A stretch of DNA of 64,000 nucleotides from Candidatus Levyibacteriota bacterium (GTDB lineage: Bacteria > Patescibacteriota > Microgenomatia > Levybacterales > UBA12049), in NCBI GenBank assembly GCA_027334565.1, contig DAHWUP010000001.1:94726-158725 (forward strand), read 5' to 3'. Position numbers and translations under genes: made by a program. Below, piece after piece: positions 8,832 through 18,263 of this stretch. The notes under the pieces are model-generated. The model did not search any database, was not told where the DNA came from, and saw nothing but the letters and a program-made list of their open reading frames with translations. Positions within the stretch are counted from its first letter, which is position 1. Each line of letters begins with the position of its first letter.

Positions 8832-10019
8832 TTATTTAACGGTCAAAATACCTTCGGGCGGCAGGATCTCAAACCACATTTGCCCTCTGTCAAACTTGAT
8901 CTGGTTTCCCGAAGCATCGGTAAGAATAGTCCTTGAGGTTCTGGATTGTTTTGTCCAGGTAGCGTTTATCCTTTTACCGTCCTTGAACACGACAGCCGTA
9001 CCGCTGCCCTTATCACTATATAAAAGGTGGTCGTTGGCCACATACCCATCTTCGGCATTTTGTTCGTCCATATTCAAGACTATTATATCTTTAGACTCGA
9101 TTTGTTTCCCGTTATCCTTATCCGTTTGAGGATTGCCTGCTTCAAAGCGTTTGTAAAGGTTGGTCTTGGGGTCGTATACCCAGTCGACAAAGTAGTCGGA
9201 ACCCATAGATGGCCAAAATTCAAGGTGAATTGTTTGACTCGCCGGCCTTTGTGACAAGGGCGCATCGTTAGTAAATTGATAGGGAACGAAGGTCGAATCC
9301 CAGGATGTTCCGTTCGGATCGACGTTGGTCAATTTTCGGTATTTTGCCGCATAATCCCAGAGACCGGTGGTTGTCGAATACATGGTATGCTCGGTCGCCA
9401 CATCCTGTCCGTTCGGCAACTTAAGTCTTGAATAGTCACGGTAGAAAGTTAAATCGACAAAACTGAACTGGTTCAAATCGTTATAGTTCGTCCAGCCGTA
9501 GTCGGTCAGCTGGCCAAGTGCATCCGCAGGACCGGGCTGGTTTGCTCCTCCCACATGAGCGTATAAAGGACTGGTGCCGTATTCGGAAATAAAGTCTATG
9601 AAATAGGTTCTTGCCGATCGAACCGGTCCGACGATACCTGCATCCTGGCAATAAAAAACCGCCAAAAACCTGGTAATGCCGCCTTCGGCTACCGCTTCAT
9701 AAACCGTATCCGCACTGGTCAATCCGGACTGAGGTCTTGCCTCCACCTGATTTTCTATCATGACCCCGAGCGGTCTATGTTTTTGCCACCAGGCTTCTTG
9801 CTGCTTGGAATATAACTCGCCGTTTATAGGACAGGCTTGGGTCTTGGGCAACGACTGATCAAAAGCTAAACTTCCATTGGCACCGGTGGTTGGGGCAGCT
9901 ATTGGGGTAATTACGGCACCCTGGGTAACTTTACCTGAAAAGAATAGATATGATGCTCCGGCCGAAATAAAATACAATCCGATCGCAAAAAGCGTGACAA
10001 TTATTTTGTTTCTATCCAT
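8832..10019 (-). CDS. DUF3048 (YerB-like) membrane-anchored protein
   Basis: RPLGVMIEN..ARPQSGL..AD.VYEAVAEGGITRFLA, GPVRSARTYF. Confidence 0.9.
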   Translation of the reverse strand: MDRNKIIVTLFAIGLYFISAGASYLFFSGKVTQGAVITPIAAPTTGANGSLAFDQSLPKTQACPINGELYSKQQEAWWQKHRPLGVMIENQVEARPQSGLTSADTVYEAVAEGGITRFLAVFYCQDAGIVGPVRSARTYFIDFISEYGTSPLYAHVGGANQPGPADALGQLTDYGWTNYNDLNQFSFVDLTFYRDYSRLKLPNGQDVATEHTMYSTTTGLWDYAAKYRKLTNVDPNGTSWDSTFVPYQFTNDAPLSQRPASQTIHLEFWPSMGSDYFVDWVYDPKTNLYKRFEAGNPQTDKDNGKQIESKDIIVLNMDEQNAEDGYVANDHLLYSDKGSGTAVVFKDGKRINATWTKQSRTSRTILTDASGNQIKFDRGQMWFEILPPEGILTVK

Positions 10020-10023
10020 AATA

Positions 10024-10479
10024 TTATTTTGCTTCCCTTAAAGCCCTTTTTTCTTCTTCGGAAAGCTCGTATTCGATACCCTTTCCGTCTATCACTTTCT
10101 TGGCATACCATCTGGTCCCCGACCTTGAATAAAGACCGGAAATTATCACCCCGGTATCGTTACCGTTAACTAGGGAAAGGATAAAGCTTTGGTCTCCTCC
10201 GGTGTCCTTGAAAGGATTGAACCTGATTAGCCCAACCTTCTGGATGTGTAAAAAACCATCCTTCTCTAATTTTAGCGAATAATCCTTCAAATAATCAATA
10301 TCCTTTTTGTTCAGCTCCAGCTCCTTTAGTACTTCTTCCAAAACCGTTCGGAGGTTTTTTGGGCTGACACCTTTGGTGAGGTTATTATAGTGACGCAGGA
10401 TCCTCCAGAAGAATAATGACAATGCAACAAGCCAAACAAAAATCACGACAAAAACCAAATAAATCAAATTGTTTGGCAT
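10024..10479 (-). CDS. DUF4446 family protein (start moved to ATG 10479)
   Basis: QKVGLIRFNPFKDTGGDQSF, SGLYSRSGTRWYAK, LSEEEK; N-terminal TM helix. Confidence 0.88.
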   Translation of the reverse strand: MPNNLIYLVFVVIFVWLVALSLFFWRILRHYNNLTKGVSPKNLRTVLEEVLKELELNKKDIDYLKDYSLKLEKDGFLHIQKVGLIRFNPFKDTGGDQSFILSLVNGNDTGVIISGLYSRSGTRWYAKKVIDGKGIEYELSEEEKRALREAK

Positions 10480-10489
10480 AATAAAATTT

Positions 10490-10529
10490 ATATTAGCCTC
10501 TTGACAGCCTCGTGTCAATAGTGTAATCT
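10490..10529. promoter_or_regulatory. Interlocked divergent promoters, both near-leaderless
   Basis: Plus: TTGACA(10501)-N17-TAATCT, ATG 10 nt later. Minus: TTGACA(10518)-N17-TAATAT, ATG 10 nt later. Confidence 0.75.
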
Positions 10530-10539
10530 AGCCTCTATC

Positions 10540-10827
10540 ATGGCTAAGAAAAGAAAAACCAGGGAACAAAAAAAATTAGCCGACCAAAGACACACGTTCA
10601 CACATTCCCAAACGGCGTTTATCAGCAGTACCACGCTTTCTACAAAACAGACCATTCTGCCAAAATACGAGTCCAAAACAGTTGCATTGACACCAAATTA
10701 TTATCCATACCTTAAAAAAGATCTTTCGAAAACCGCTTTGCTGACACTCGGAATTCTGATATTCCAGGTATTACTATTTATGGTCTTGAAAAACCATATT
10801 TTTGTAATACCCGGCCTGACTTACTGA
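10540..10827 (+). CDS. Small hypothetical protein with a basic N-terminus and C-terminal TM helix
   Basis: 95 aa, MAKKRKTREQKK..., YLKKDLSKT plus hydrophobic tail; promoter upstream. Confidence 0.75.
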   Translation: MAKKRKTREQKKLADQRHTFTHSQTAFISSTTLSTKQTILPKYESKTVALTPNYYPYLKKDLSKTALLTLGILIFQVLLFMVLKNHIFVIPGLTY

Positions 10828-10852
10828 ATTTGAAAGGGGGTGAAAAGAAATT

Positions 10853-10996
10853 ATGGCGTCAATGTATTGCGTAAAATGCAGAGCCAAGAGAGACGATCCT
10901 AACGCAGAAAAAGTTACCATGAAAAATGGCAAACCTGCTCTTAAGGGCAAGTGCCCGGTCTGCGGTACAGGAATGTACAAGATTGGAGCTGCATAG
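10853..10996 (+). CDS. DUF5679-type small basic zinc-ribbon protein (47 aa, below the ORF-track cutoff)
   Basis: MASMYCVKCRAKRDDPNAEKVTMKNGKPALKGKCPVCGTGMYKIGAA; strong SD GAAAGGGGGTGA. Confidence 0.88.
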   Translation: MASMYCVKCRAKRDDPNAEKVTMKNGKPALKGKCPVCGTGMYKIGAA

Positions 10997-11004
10997 TATT
11001 CTTT

Positions 11005-11053
11005 TCTTGAAGATCCTTCGAAGGAGCGAATTAATTCGCATTATCCTTCAAGA
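11005..11053. other. Three-way-junction-like palindromic element in the DUF5679 3' UTR
   Basis: Outer stem TCTTGAAG/CTTCAAGA encloses the palindromes TCCTTCGAAGGA and GCGAATTAATTCGC. Confidence 0.55.
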
Positions 11054-11056
11054 GAT

Positions 11057-11093
11057 ATTAGAAAAACCCCGTTTTTTAAGGGGTTTTTCTAAT
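11057..11093. terminator. Bidirectional intrinsic terminator
   Basis: ATTAGAAAAACCCC-N9-GGGGTTTTTCTAAT between convergent genes. Confidence 0.85.
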
Positions 11094-11116
11094 TTTTAGG
11101 AGTTAATTATTCATAG

Positions 11117-11215
11117 TCAGGGGTCTTTGTAACCGCAATTTTGACAATATGCGTCTCTTGAGCCTGGCATGTCGCTTATCGGATATTCGCAGTTGGGGCA
11201 ATTTTGAAGCCTCAG
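11117..11215 (-). pseudogene. Cys4 zinc-ribbon micro-ORF or remnant lacking a canonical start
   Basis: Frame reads LRLQNCPNCEYPISDMPGSRDAYCQNCGYKDP-stop; no ATG/GTG/TTG in frame before the first CxxC. Confidence 0.5.
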
Positions 11216-11265
11216 CCCCTTTCTAATTTTAATTTTAGAGTTTGTTGGGAATTTTGCTCTTTCGT

Positions 11266-12846
11266 TTACTTCCCTTTATAATGAACCAGCTTATAAACTT
11301 CGTCCACCGAAACGTTCCAATTCCCGGCGATATCGGCCCTGCCAAAGCCCGCTATCTCCCACAAAGAGTTTCCCAAAGGATAACACGGCAGACTTTCGCA
11401 GACCACGAACAGCTGGTTAGTTACTGTTCTTCTTTGCGGGTCATCCTGCCTATTTAGAATTGTGACGGGCGAATGGCCCCAAATCGTAAAGAAATAACGA
11501 TAAGCATAATCGGAGTTTCCTCCACTGATAAGGGCAAAATTGAACGGATTTCCTCCGGTTTTATTGTTAACGAAATCGGCAATCGTCCGCATCTGATTCA
11601 ACTGGCGGTTGGGCGGGAATTGAAACGGTTCTCCGTATACATTTAATGCCACGATGACAACAAATAAAACTCCTGACAATAAAAGGCCCGCTTTTAAAAA
11701 TTTAACCCTTCGGATTTGATCCAAAGAGTAAGTAACCAGTAAAAACGGCAAAGGAAACAAAAACGCAAAATAATAATCATAAATATCTTTTTTATAAAAT
11801 CCGAATAAAAGTACCCCTATTGCCAGCCAGACACCCAACAGCAGATATTTTTCGAAATCCTTGTCTCTTGATTTCATGGATTTATATAACCGATAAAAAA
11901 TAAGACCCGACGAACCCACCGCAAAAAGCAATACAAAGATCGCCCAAACCGTAAGCGCCACATGGCCGAAACGGTTTTGAAGATCCGGCGACGGATAATA
12001 AAAAACCAGTCTTCCGAAAATTCTGAAGAACACGTCGTATACAATTGCAAAATAATTCCCGCTTGCTCCTGTTTTGCCGGAAAATAAAACGAAGCTGGTG
12101 ATATTTTTAAAATCCAAAAAACCGTGTCTTATCTCAAAAGCCAAAAACGGCGACCAACCGAGCAGAAATCCGATCAGAAGCGAAAAATAATATTTAAATA
12201 ATTTACCAACCGATGCAAAACTCTTTTGCCTGAAAAAAAATCCGATTGCTAAATACAGTACCATCGCTACACCCAAAAACAACGCCAGATAATGAAGTTG
12301 CATTGCGATCCCGAACAGTACTCCGCAAACAAAAAACAATTTGAGATTTTTATTGACAAGACCCTTATATAAAAGATATAAGATCAACAACGAAAAGAAA
12401 GGAAGAGGATTGGGATTCCAGGAAGACCTTGAATAAGTAATTACCAAGGGTGAAAGCGCATAAAGAAGAGAAGCCATCAAGCCTACTTTTGTGTTAAAAA
12501 TTTCCTTCCCGACGACATAAATAAGCCAAACCGTAGCAATTCCGAAAAGCGCCACCATCACCGCCGGACCGACCGGATTATAATTGAATAACCATAAAAA
12601 CGGTGCCATAAAATAGTAGTAGATGGGTCCCAAAAAGAACCCGCCGACCGAAGAGGTCGGTCCAAGAAGCGTTAAATGTCCGTGCAGGATATTGTAAACT
12701 ACCAGAACGTCTCTTCCCTCATCGCCCAAAAACGTCATATAATCCTGGATCCTGTAAAGTCTTAGGAAAGCGGCCAACAAAATAATCGCACCGACCAATG
12801 CATTATCGATGAAAAAAGATTTAAAATTTGAAATTTTGAATTTCAT
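11266..12846 (-). CDS. GT-C fold (ArnT/PMT-like) membrane glycosyltransferase
   Basis: Polytopic; FLGDEGRD, GPIYYY, SRSSWNPN, QLHY. Confidence 0.85.
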   Translation of the reverse strand: MKFKISNFKSFFIDNALVGAIILLAAFLRLYRIQDYMTFLGDEGRDVLVVYNILHGHLTLLGPTSSVGGFFLGPIYYYFMAPFLWLFNYNPVGPAVMVALFGIATVWLIYVVGKEIFNTKVGLMASLLYALSPLVITYSRSSWNPNPLPFFSLLILYLLYKGLVNKNLKLFFVCGVLFGIAMQLHYLALFLGVAMVLYLAIGFFFRQKSFASVGKLFKYYFSLLIGFLLGWSPFLAFEIRHGFLDFKNITSFVLFSGKTGASGNYFAIVYDVFFRIFGRLVFYYPSPDLQNRFGHVALTVWAIFVLLFAVGSSGLIFYRLYKSMKSRDKDFEKYLLLGVWLAIGVLLFGFYKKDIYDYYFAFLFPLPFLLVTYSLDQIRRVKFLKAGLLLSGVLFVVIVALNVYGEPFQFPPNRQLNQMRTIADFVNNKTGGNPFNFALISGGNSDYAYRYFFTIWGHSPVTILNRQDDPQRRTVTNQLFVVCESLPCYPLGNSLWEIAGFGRADIAGNWNVSVDEVYKLVHYKGK

Positions 12847-13973
12847 TTATGGGGTTGCTTACGCCATATTATGAGCCTGTAAACCGTAAAATTGTAAATC
12901 AATAATATCCCGGTACCAAAAATAAAATACCAAAAGTAATACTTCTTTCCGAACAGGTTATCGCCTAAAAATATTATCCCGGTCTGAATCAGAATCACCC
13001 CGACCGCGCTGGTTGCATAAAAATTGAATAATTTCCATAAATACTGCATTAGTCCGTGAATTTTTTCCGTTTTAAAGGTCCAAATGTTATTTAAATTGAA
13101 ATTAGAAAAAATTGCTGCCACCGCACCGGTAAGATTGGAAATGGTCGGATCAATTTTCCAAACTCCCACCATGGCCCTTAATATGACCGCCTGGATGATA
13201 AATCCTGTTCCTCCCACAACCAGGAACTTTCCGAAAGGTCCAAACAATTTTTCTTGCAAACTGGCGGTGATCACGTATTTCAACAGATCGATGATATATG
13301 CCATCGGAGCTATTTTTGAACTTCCAACATGTCTTTCTCCAAAATGAAAAGGAACTTCGGCAATTCTAAAACCGTCCCTCACCGCTTTATTTAAAAATGA
13401 AACCTGAAAAGTGTATCCTTTAAAATCGGTCAATTCCGGCTTCTCTTTAATAAATACTTCCTTTTTCACCGCTCTGTATCCGCCGGTCCAATCGTGAATC
13501 GAAAATTTTAACAATATTGTTCTGACCAACAGATTTCCCAATACGGAAAACATTTTGCGCTTGAACGGCCATTCTTTGGGGATCGATCCTCCTGCCGAGT
13601 ATCTGGTGCCGATAACCATGTCATATCCCTCGTCCATTTTTTTAAGGAACTCGGGAATTTTAGCCGGGTCATGCTGAAGGTCCGCATCCATCTCAAACAT
13701 CACGTCCGCTCCTTTCTCGACCGCATAAGTCATTGCCCGAACATAAGCTGCACCCAATCCTTTCTTTTCACCGGTAGTAAGATCAAGATTCTTCCATTTG
13801 CTCATCAGTTTTTCAATTTCCCGGGCGGTGCCGTCCGGAGAATTGTCATCGGCTATCAAAATTCGCATCTCATGGTTTTTGATTTTGGGAAACACTTCTT
13901 CTTCGAGGATATCGATGAGGTTTTCGATATTCCCTTTTTCGTTAAAGGTTGGAATTATTACAACGACATTCAT
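12843..13973 (-). CDS. Polyprenol-phosphate glycosyltransferase (GT2, DPM1-like) fused to a GtrA-like flippase domain
   Basis: IPTFNE, DDNSPDGT, EMDADLQHDP, DWTGGYRA; C-terminal KFLVVGGTG...NFNLNNIWTF. Confidence 0.9.
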   Translation of the reverse strand: MNVVVIIPTFNEKGNIENLIDILEEEVFPKIKNHEMRILIADDNSPDGTAREIEKLMSKWKNLDLTTGEKKGLGAAYVRAMTYAVEKGADVMFEMDADLQHDPAKIPEFLKKMDEGYDMVIGTRYSAGGSIPKEWPFKRKMFSVLGNLLVRTILLKFSIHDWTGGYRAVKKEVFIKEKPELTDFKGYTFQVSFLNKAVRDGFRIAEVPFHFGERHVGSSKIAPMAYIIDLLKYVITASLQEKLFGPFGKFLVVGGTGFIIQAVILRAMVGVWKIDPTISNLTGAVAAIFSNFNLNNIWTFKTEKIHGLMQYLWKLFNFYATSAVGVILIQTGIIFLGDNLFGKKYYFWYFIFGTGILLIYNFTVYRLIIWRKQPHK

Positions 13974-13976
13974 ACA

Positions 13977-14927
13977 TTACAGATTCCTAAAATATTCTAC
14001 CGTTTTTTTTATTCCCTCTTCAATATCTATCTTCGGTTCCCATCTTAACAGTTTCTTTGCCTTGTCGATGTCTGCTCGCCTTTTTTGCGGATCATCCTGG
14101 GGTAAGCGTTCGCTTAAAATGATCTCGCTGTTTGAACCTGTAATTTTTTTTACCAGGTTGGCATAGTGCATAATGGTATGCTCGGAGGAAGAACCCAAAT
14201 TAACTATCTCGCCTTTAGCCTGTTCAAACATCAATCTCATTAATCCTTCCACCATATCGTCAACATAACAAAGCGACCTCGTCTGGTTGCCGTCGCCAAA
14301 AATCGTGATCGGTTTCCCTTCCAAAGCTTGAGTAATAAAAATCACTATCATTCGCATATCTTCTTTCATCATCCCCGGACCGTAAGTGTTGAAAATTCTG
14401 GCGATACGTACATCAACCTCCCGCTCTCTGCCATAGTATGCGGTTAAAGTTTCCCCGAACCTTTTTGCCTCATCGTAAACGGATCTCGGACCGGTTGTTG
14501 AAACATTCCCCTTATATTCCTCTTTCTGGGGATGCTCCAAAGGATCACCGTAAACTTCGGAGGTGGAAGAAAACAAAAATCTGGCCTTGTTTTTTTCCGC
14601 GAGTTTCAGTAATTCCAATGTTCCCTGTGTATTAACCAACATCGTCTCAAGCGGTAGGGCATGATAGCTTATCGGGCTGTGATGGTTCGGAGATGCCGGA
14701 GAGGCCAGGTGAAAAATATAATCGATCTTTTCGGATAAATCAAGCGGCTTGATCACATCGTGCTTGATAAATAAAAAATTGGAATTGTTACTATATTTTT
14801 CGATATTTTTACCGTTTGAGGTGATAAAATTATCTATGCATATGACCCTATACCCTTTCGAAAGCAATTTTCCGCAAAGATGGGATCCGATAAAACCTGC
14901 TCCCCCGGTAATTAAAACGGATTGCAT
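13977..14927 (-). CDS. UDP-glucuronate decarboxylase (UDP-xylose synthase)-like SDR
   Basis: GGAGFIGSH, HLASPASP, STSEVYGDP, GPRSVYDEAKR, QTRSLCYVDD. Confidence 0.88.
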   Translation of the reverse strand: MQSVLITGGAGFIGSHLCGKLLSKGYRVICIDNFITSNGKNIEKYSNNSNFLFIKHDVIKPLDLSEKIDYIFHLASPASPNHHSPISYHALPLETMLVNTQGTLELLKLAEKNKARFLFSSTSEVYGDPLEHPQKEEYKGNVSTTGPRSVYDEAKRFGETLTAYYGREREVDVRIARIFNTYGPGMMKEDMRMIVIFITQALEGKPITIFGDGNQTRSLCYVDDMVEGLMRLMFEQAKGEIVNLGSSSEHTIMHYANLVKKITGSNSEIILSERLPQDDPQKRRADIDKAKKLLRWEPKIDIEEGIKKTVEYFRNL

Positions 14928-15007
14928 AATTTATCATTAGAATCAATACTTAAAAACCTCAAGTATTGATAAATCGACTCACTCATTGTATCATGTATGT
15001 TACGACA

Positions 15008-16012
15008 ATGGCAAAAAAGGCGTTAATAATCGGCGTATCGTCACAGGATGGTTCATACCTCGCGGACCTCTTGCTTGAAAAAAATTATAATGTCATCGGT
15101 ACTTTACGAAGAAGTACCCATCAAACCTACGAGAACATCGATCATCTTTTTGGAAAAATAAACATAGAGTTCGCCGACCTTCTGGATTTTGAAAGCATCG
15201 CCAGACTGGTCCGAAAACACAAACCGGACGAGGTTTATAATTTGGCTGCACAATCCGTACCCGCCGATAGCTGGAATATGCCGTTCTACACGGGAGAGAT
15301 CACCGGACTTGGACCCGTAAGAGTATTGGAGGCGGTCAGACAATTCCACCCGGAAGCCAGGATTTACCAGGCTACGACCAGGGAAATCTTCGGCAACATC
15401 CAAGCCGAATCGGCTAATGAGGAAACCAGGTTTGACGCAAACAATCCTTACGGAATAGCCAAGGCTTATGCGCATATGATGACACGCTGCTACCGCGAGT
15501 CTTACGATATGTTCGCCTGCGGCGGAATTTTATTTAACCATGAAAGCGAAAGACGAGGATTGATGTTCGTCAGCAGAAAAGTTACGGCGGGAGTTGCCTG
15601 TATTAAAAACAAGGTCAAGAAACCCCCTCTTAACGAAGCTGGTGAGCCGCTTATTACTCCCGATGGTAAACTACAAATGGGTGATTTGACCACCAAACGG
15701 GACTGGGGATATGCCAAAGAATACGTTGAAGCAATGTATCTGATGCTTCAACATAAAACTCCGATGGATTACGTTATAGCTACCAATACGATGAATACCA
15801 TCGAAGACCTCTGCCGGATTGCTTTCGATCACGTTGGACTCGATTATAAAGATCATGTGGTTTCGACCAAAAACTTTTTCCGCCCGACGGAAATAAAACC
15901 ACTTAAAGGAGATTATTCCAGGGCAAAAAAAGAACTCGGGTGGGAACCAAAAATCTCATTCGAGGAATTGATAAAGTTAATGGTCGACGCCGACCTTAAA
16001 CGTTTTAAATAA
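15008..16012 (+). CDS. gmd: GDP-mannose 4,6-dehydratase (start moved to ATG 15008)
   Basis: QDGSYLA, YNLAAQS, YGIAK, GILFNHESERRG, RDWGYAKEYVEAM. Confidence 0.9.
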   Translation: MAKKALIIGVSSQDGSYLADLLLEKNYNVIGTLRRSTHQTYENIDHLFGKINIEFADLLDFESIARLVRKHKPDEVYNLAAQSVPADSWNMPFYTGEITGLGPVRVLEAVRQFHPEARIYQATTREIFGNIQAESANEETRFDANNPYGIAKAYAHMMTRCYRESYDMFACGGILFNHESERRGLMFVSRKVTAGVACIKNKVKKPPLNEAGEPLITPDGKLQMGDLTTKRDWGYAKEYVEAMYLMLQHKTPMDYVIATNTMNTIEDLCRIAFDHVGLDYKDHVVSTKNFFRPTEIKPLKGDYSRAKKELGWEPKISFEELIKLMVDADLKRFK

Positions 16013-16013
16013 A

Positions 16014-16970
16014 TTAAACACGTGCTCTCCAGTAATCGAGGATATCCTTAAGTGTTTTTTCCAGCGGAATTTCCGGTTTCCAGCCGGTTGCTTTATTTAC
16101 TTTGGTTACATCGGCGACGATCTCCGGAATATCGCTTGGTCTCATCTTGGCAGGGTCTGTTTCTATCGAGATCTTTACTTTTGAAAAAGATAACAGTAAA
16201 TCCAGGATTTCTTTTATCTGCACAGATTTGCCCGATCCTGCGTTATAGACCTCTCCCAAAACCCCTTTTTCCAAAAGCAGCGGATATAATTTAACCATGT
16301 CCCGTACGTCGGTAAAATCCCTTTTTGCCAGAAGATTACCGACTTTCATCACGGGCTTTGTAATACCCTTTTCGATTTCGGCAATCAGCTTGGCAAAATC
16401 CGAACTGACAAAACCGGGCTGCTGTCCGGGGCCGATATGATTGAAAGGTCTAACCCGCACAACGGGCAATTTATAAGATAGATTGTACTGAAATCCCAGA
16501 TAATCCTGGGCGATTTTTGAGACAGCATAAGGGTTTGCCGGCCGGTAGGGAGTATCCTCGTCAACCGGCAAGTCATCGGGGTTTACATATCCGTACACCT
16601 CGGCGGATGAAACCAGAAGAGTTTTTGTTTGAGTTAACCCGAGTTTTATCAATGCGTTAAATAAATTTAACTGAGAATCGATGTTGGAGTGGAAAGTCGA
16701 AATCGGATCTTTGATACTCTCGGGTACATTTGCCTGTGCGGCCAGATGAAAAATCCAGTCGGGTTTTGTTGACTTAATCACGGCTTCGACCTGCCCCAAG
16801 GTTTCCAAGTCTGCTTTTAATAATTTTATTTTATCTTTGAACTCGAAACTTTCCCTGGAACTTTCGCTTCGAAACGTTCCTGTTATGTCATTACCGTTTA
16901 TATCCAATAAATGCCTTATCAAATGGGTTCCGACGAAACCGGTAGCTCCTGTAATGAGGATCTTCTTCAT
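16014..16970 (-). CDS. rmd: GDP-4-keto-6-deoxy-D-mannose reductase (Rmd-like SDR)
   Basis: HLAAQA, SSAEVYG, PYAVSK, RPFNHIGPGQ, VGNL..KRDFTDVRD. Confidence 0.8.
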   Translation of the reverse strand: MKKILITGATGFVGTHLIRHLLDINGNDITGTFRSESSRESFEFKDKIKLLKADLETLGQVEAVIKSTKPDWIFHLAAQANVPESIKDPISTFHSNIDSQLNLFNALIKLGLTQTKTLLVSSAEVYGYVNPDDLPVDEDTPYRPANPYAVSKIAQDYLGFQYNLSYKLPVVRVRPFNHIGPGQQPGFVSSDFAKLIAEIEKGITKPVMKVGNLLAKRDFTDVRDMVKLYPLLLEKGVLGEVYNAGSGKSVQIKEILDLLLSFSKVKISIETDPAKMRPSDIPEIVADVTKVNKATGWKPEIPLEKTLKDILDYWRARV

Positions 16971-16973
16971 AAG

Positions 16974-18263
16974 TTATCTGCCTATGCCGATGTAATTAAA
17001 ACCTGCTTTTCGCAACTTTTCAGCCGGATAAAGATTTCGTCCGTCTATGACATTCGGGTTTTTCATCCTGCGCTTGATCACCGAAAAATCCAATTCCACA
17101 AACTCATTCCATTCGGTCAATACGATGAGTAAATCCGCGTCGTCGGTTACCGAATAAGCGTCTTTTGCATAAGTTACGTTTTTAAAAATCTGAGAAGCGT
17201 TTTCAACCGCTTTAGGATCATATGCGGTAATTTTCGCGCCATCATTCTGAAGTAAATTTATGATATCGATTGCCGGCGCATCTCTCATGTCGTCCGTGTT
17301 GGCTTTGTAGGCAAGACCCAAAATGCCGATTTTTTTACCGCGTAGATCGCCCAACATTCTTCTTGCTTTTCTGACAATATCCCTTTTTGCTTGCTGATTT
17401 ATATTCTCCACATCCTCAAGAAGCGAAAAGGAATAATCGTTGTCCTTGGCTATTGAAATTAAAGCCTTTACGTCTTTTGGGAAACAGCTACCGCCATAAC
17501 CCGGTCCCGGAGACAAAAACATATTCCCGATCCTTTTATCGGCACCGATTCCCTCAAGGACCTTCAATGCATCCGCACCCAAAAGTTCCGATAGTTTGGC
17601 GATCGAGTTGGCATAAGATATTTTCATGGCCAAAAAAGAATTCGCGGCGTATTTAATCAGTTCGGCCGTATCAAAATTGGTTAAGACCAAGGGCGCATTT
17701 ATAGGACTATGAAATTTCACCAAAAGATCCTGCGCTCTTTTACTTTCGGTCCCTATTACTATTCTATCCGGGTGAACCGTGTCGGAAATCGCACTTCCTT
17801 CGCGTAAAAATTCCGGCACGGAAGCATAATCCACTTCCGTTCCTTTTGGTTTATATTCTTCAAGTATCCTTCTTACCTTTTTGTTGGTACCGGTCGGTAC
17901 GGTACTTTTTGTAGCTACCACCGTATATCCTTTAATATTTTGGGCAATTTGTTCCGCTACCTGAAGGACCGTTGAAAGGTCCGCGTCACCGGTCTTTGTC
18001 GGGGGTGTTCCTACCGCAATGAAGACGATGTCGGATTTTGAAACCGATTCTTTAAAGTCTAAGGTAAAAATCAATCTTTTGGCAGTAACATTTTTCTTAA
18101 CCAGTTCCTCAAGTCCCGGCTCATAAATCGGAATTATTCCTTTTTTCAGTTTTTCGATTTTCTCTTCCGTGTGTCCGACAACGTAAACGGTGTTACCAAA
18201 ATCCGCGAACACCGCGGCAGTAACCAGACCAACATAACCATGTCCGACAAATGTTACCGTCAT
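16974..18263 (-). CDS. ugd: UDP-glucose 6-dehydrogenase
   Basis: GYVGL, KSTVP, PEFLREG, KYAAN, GYGGSCFPKD. Confidence 0.95.
   Translation of the reverse strand: MTVTFVGHGYVGLVTAAVFADFGNTVYVVGHTEEKIEKLKKGIIPIYEPGLEELVKKNVTAKRLIFTLDFKESVSKSDIVFIAVGTPPTKTGDADLSTVLQVAEQIAQNIKGYTVVATKSTVPTGTNKKVRRILEEYKPKGTEVDYASVPEFLREGSAISDTVHPDRIVIGTESKRAQDLLVKFHSPINAPLVLTNFDTAELIKYAANSFLAMKISYANSIAKLSELLGADALKVLEGIGADKRIGNMFLSPGPGYGGSCFPKDVKALISIAKDNDYSFSLLEDVENINQQAKRDIVRKARRMLGDLRGKKIGILGLAYKANTDDMRDAPAIDIINLLQNDGAKITAYDPKAVENASQIFKNVTYAKDAYSVTDDADLLIVLTEWNEFVELDFSVIKRRMKNPNVIDGRNLYPAEKLRKAGFNYIGIGR

Noticed and set aside
11117-11119. TGA after the Zn-ribbon frame as Sec or Gly recoding (code 25)
   Set aside because: TGA is the normal stop for several conserved genes here (e.g. 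secA, rfbA-adjacent ATGA overlaps); no SECIS-like hairpin; a second TGA follows two codons later
14966-15007. N-terminal extensions in the ORF track (gmd 14966, DUF4446 10518, prfB 28853, pilin 37540, 51719, uppP 30590)
   Set aside because: Downstream ATGs fit family N-termini and promoter/SD positions better
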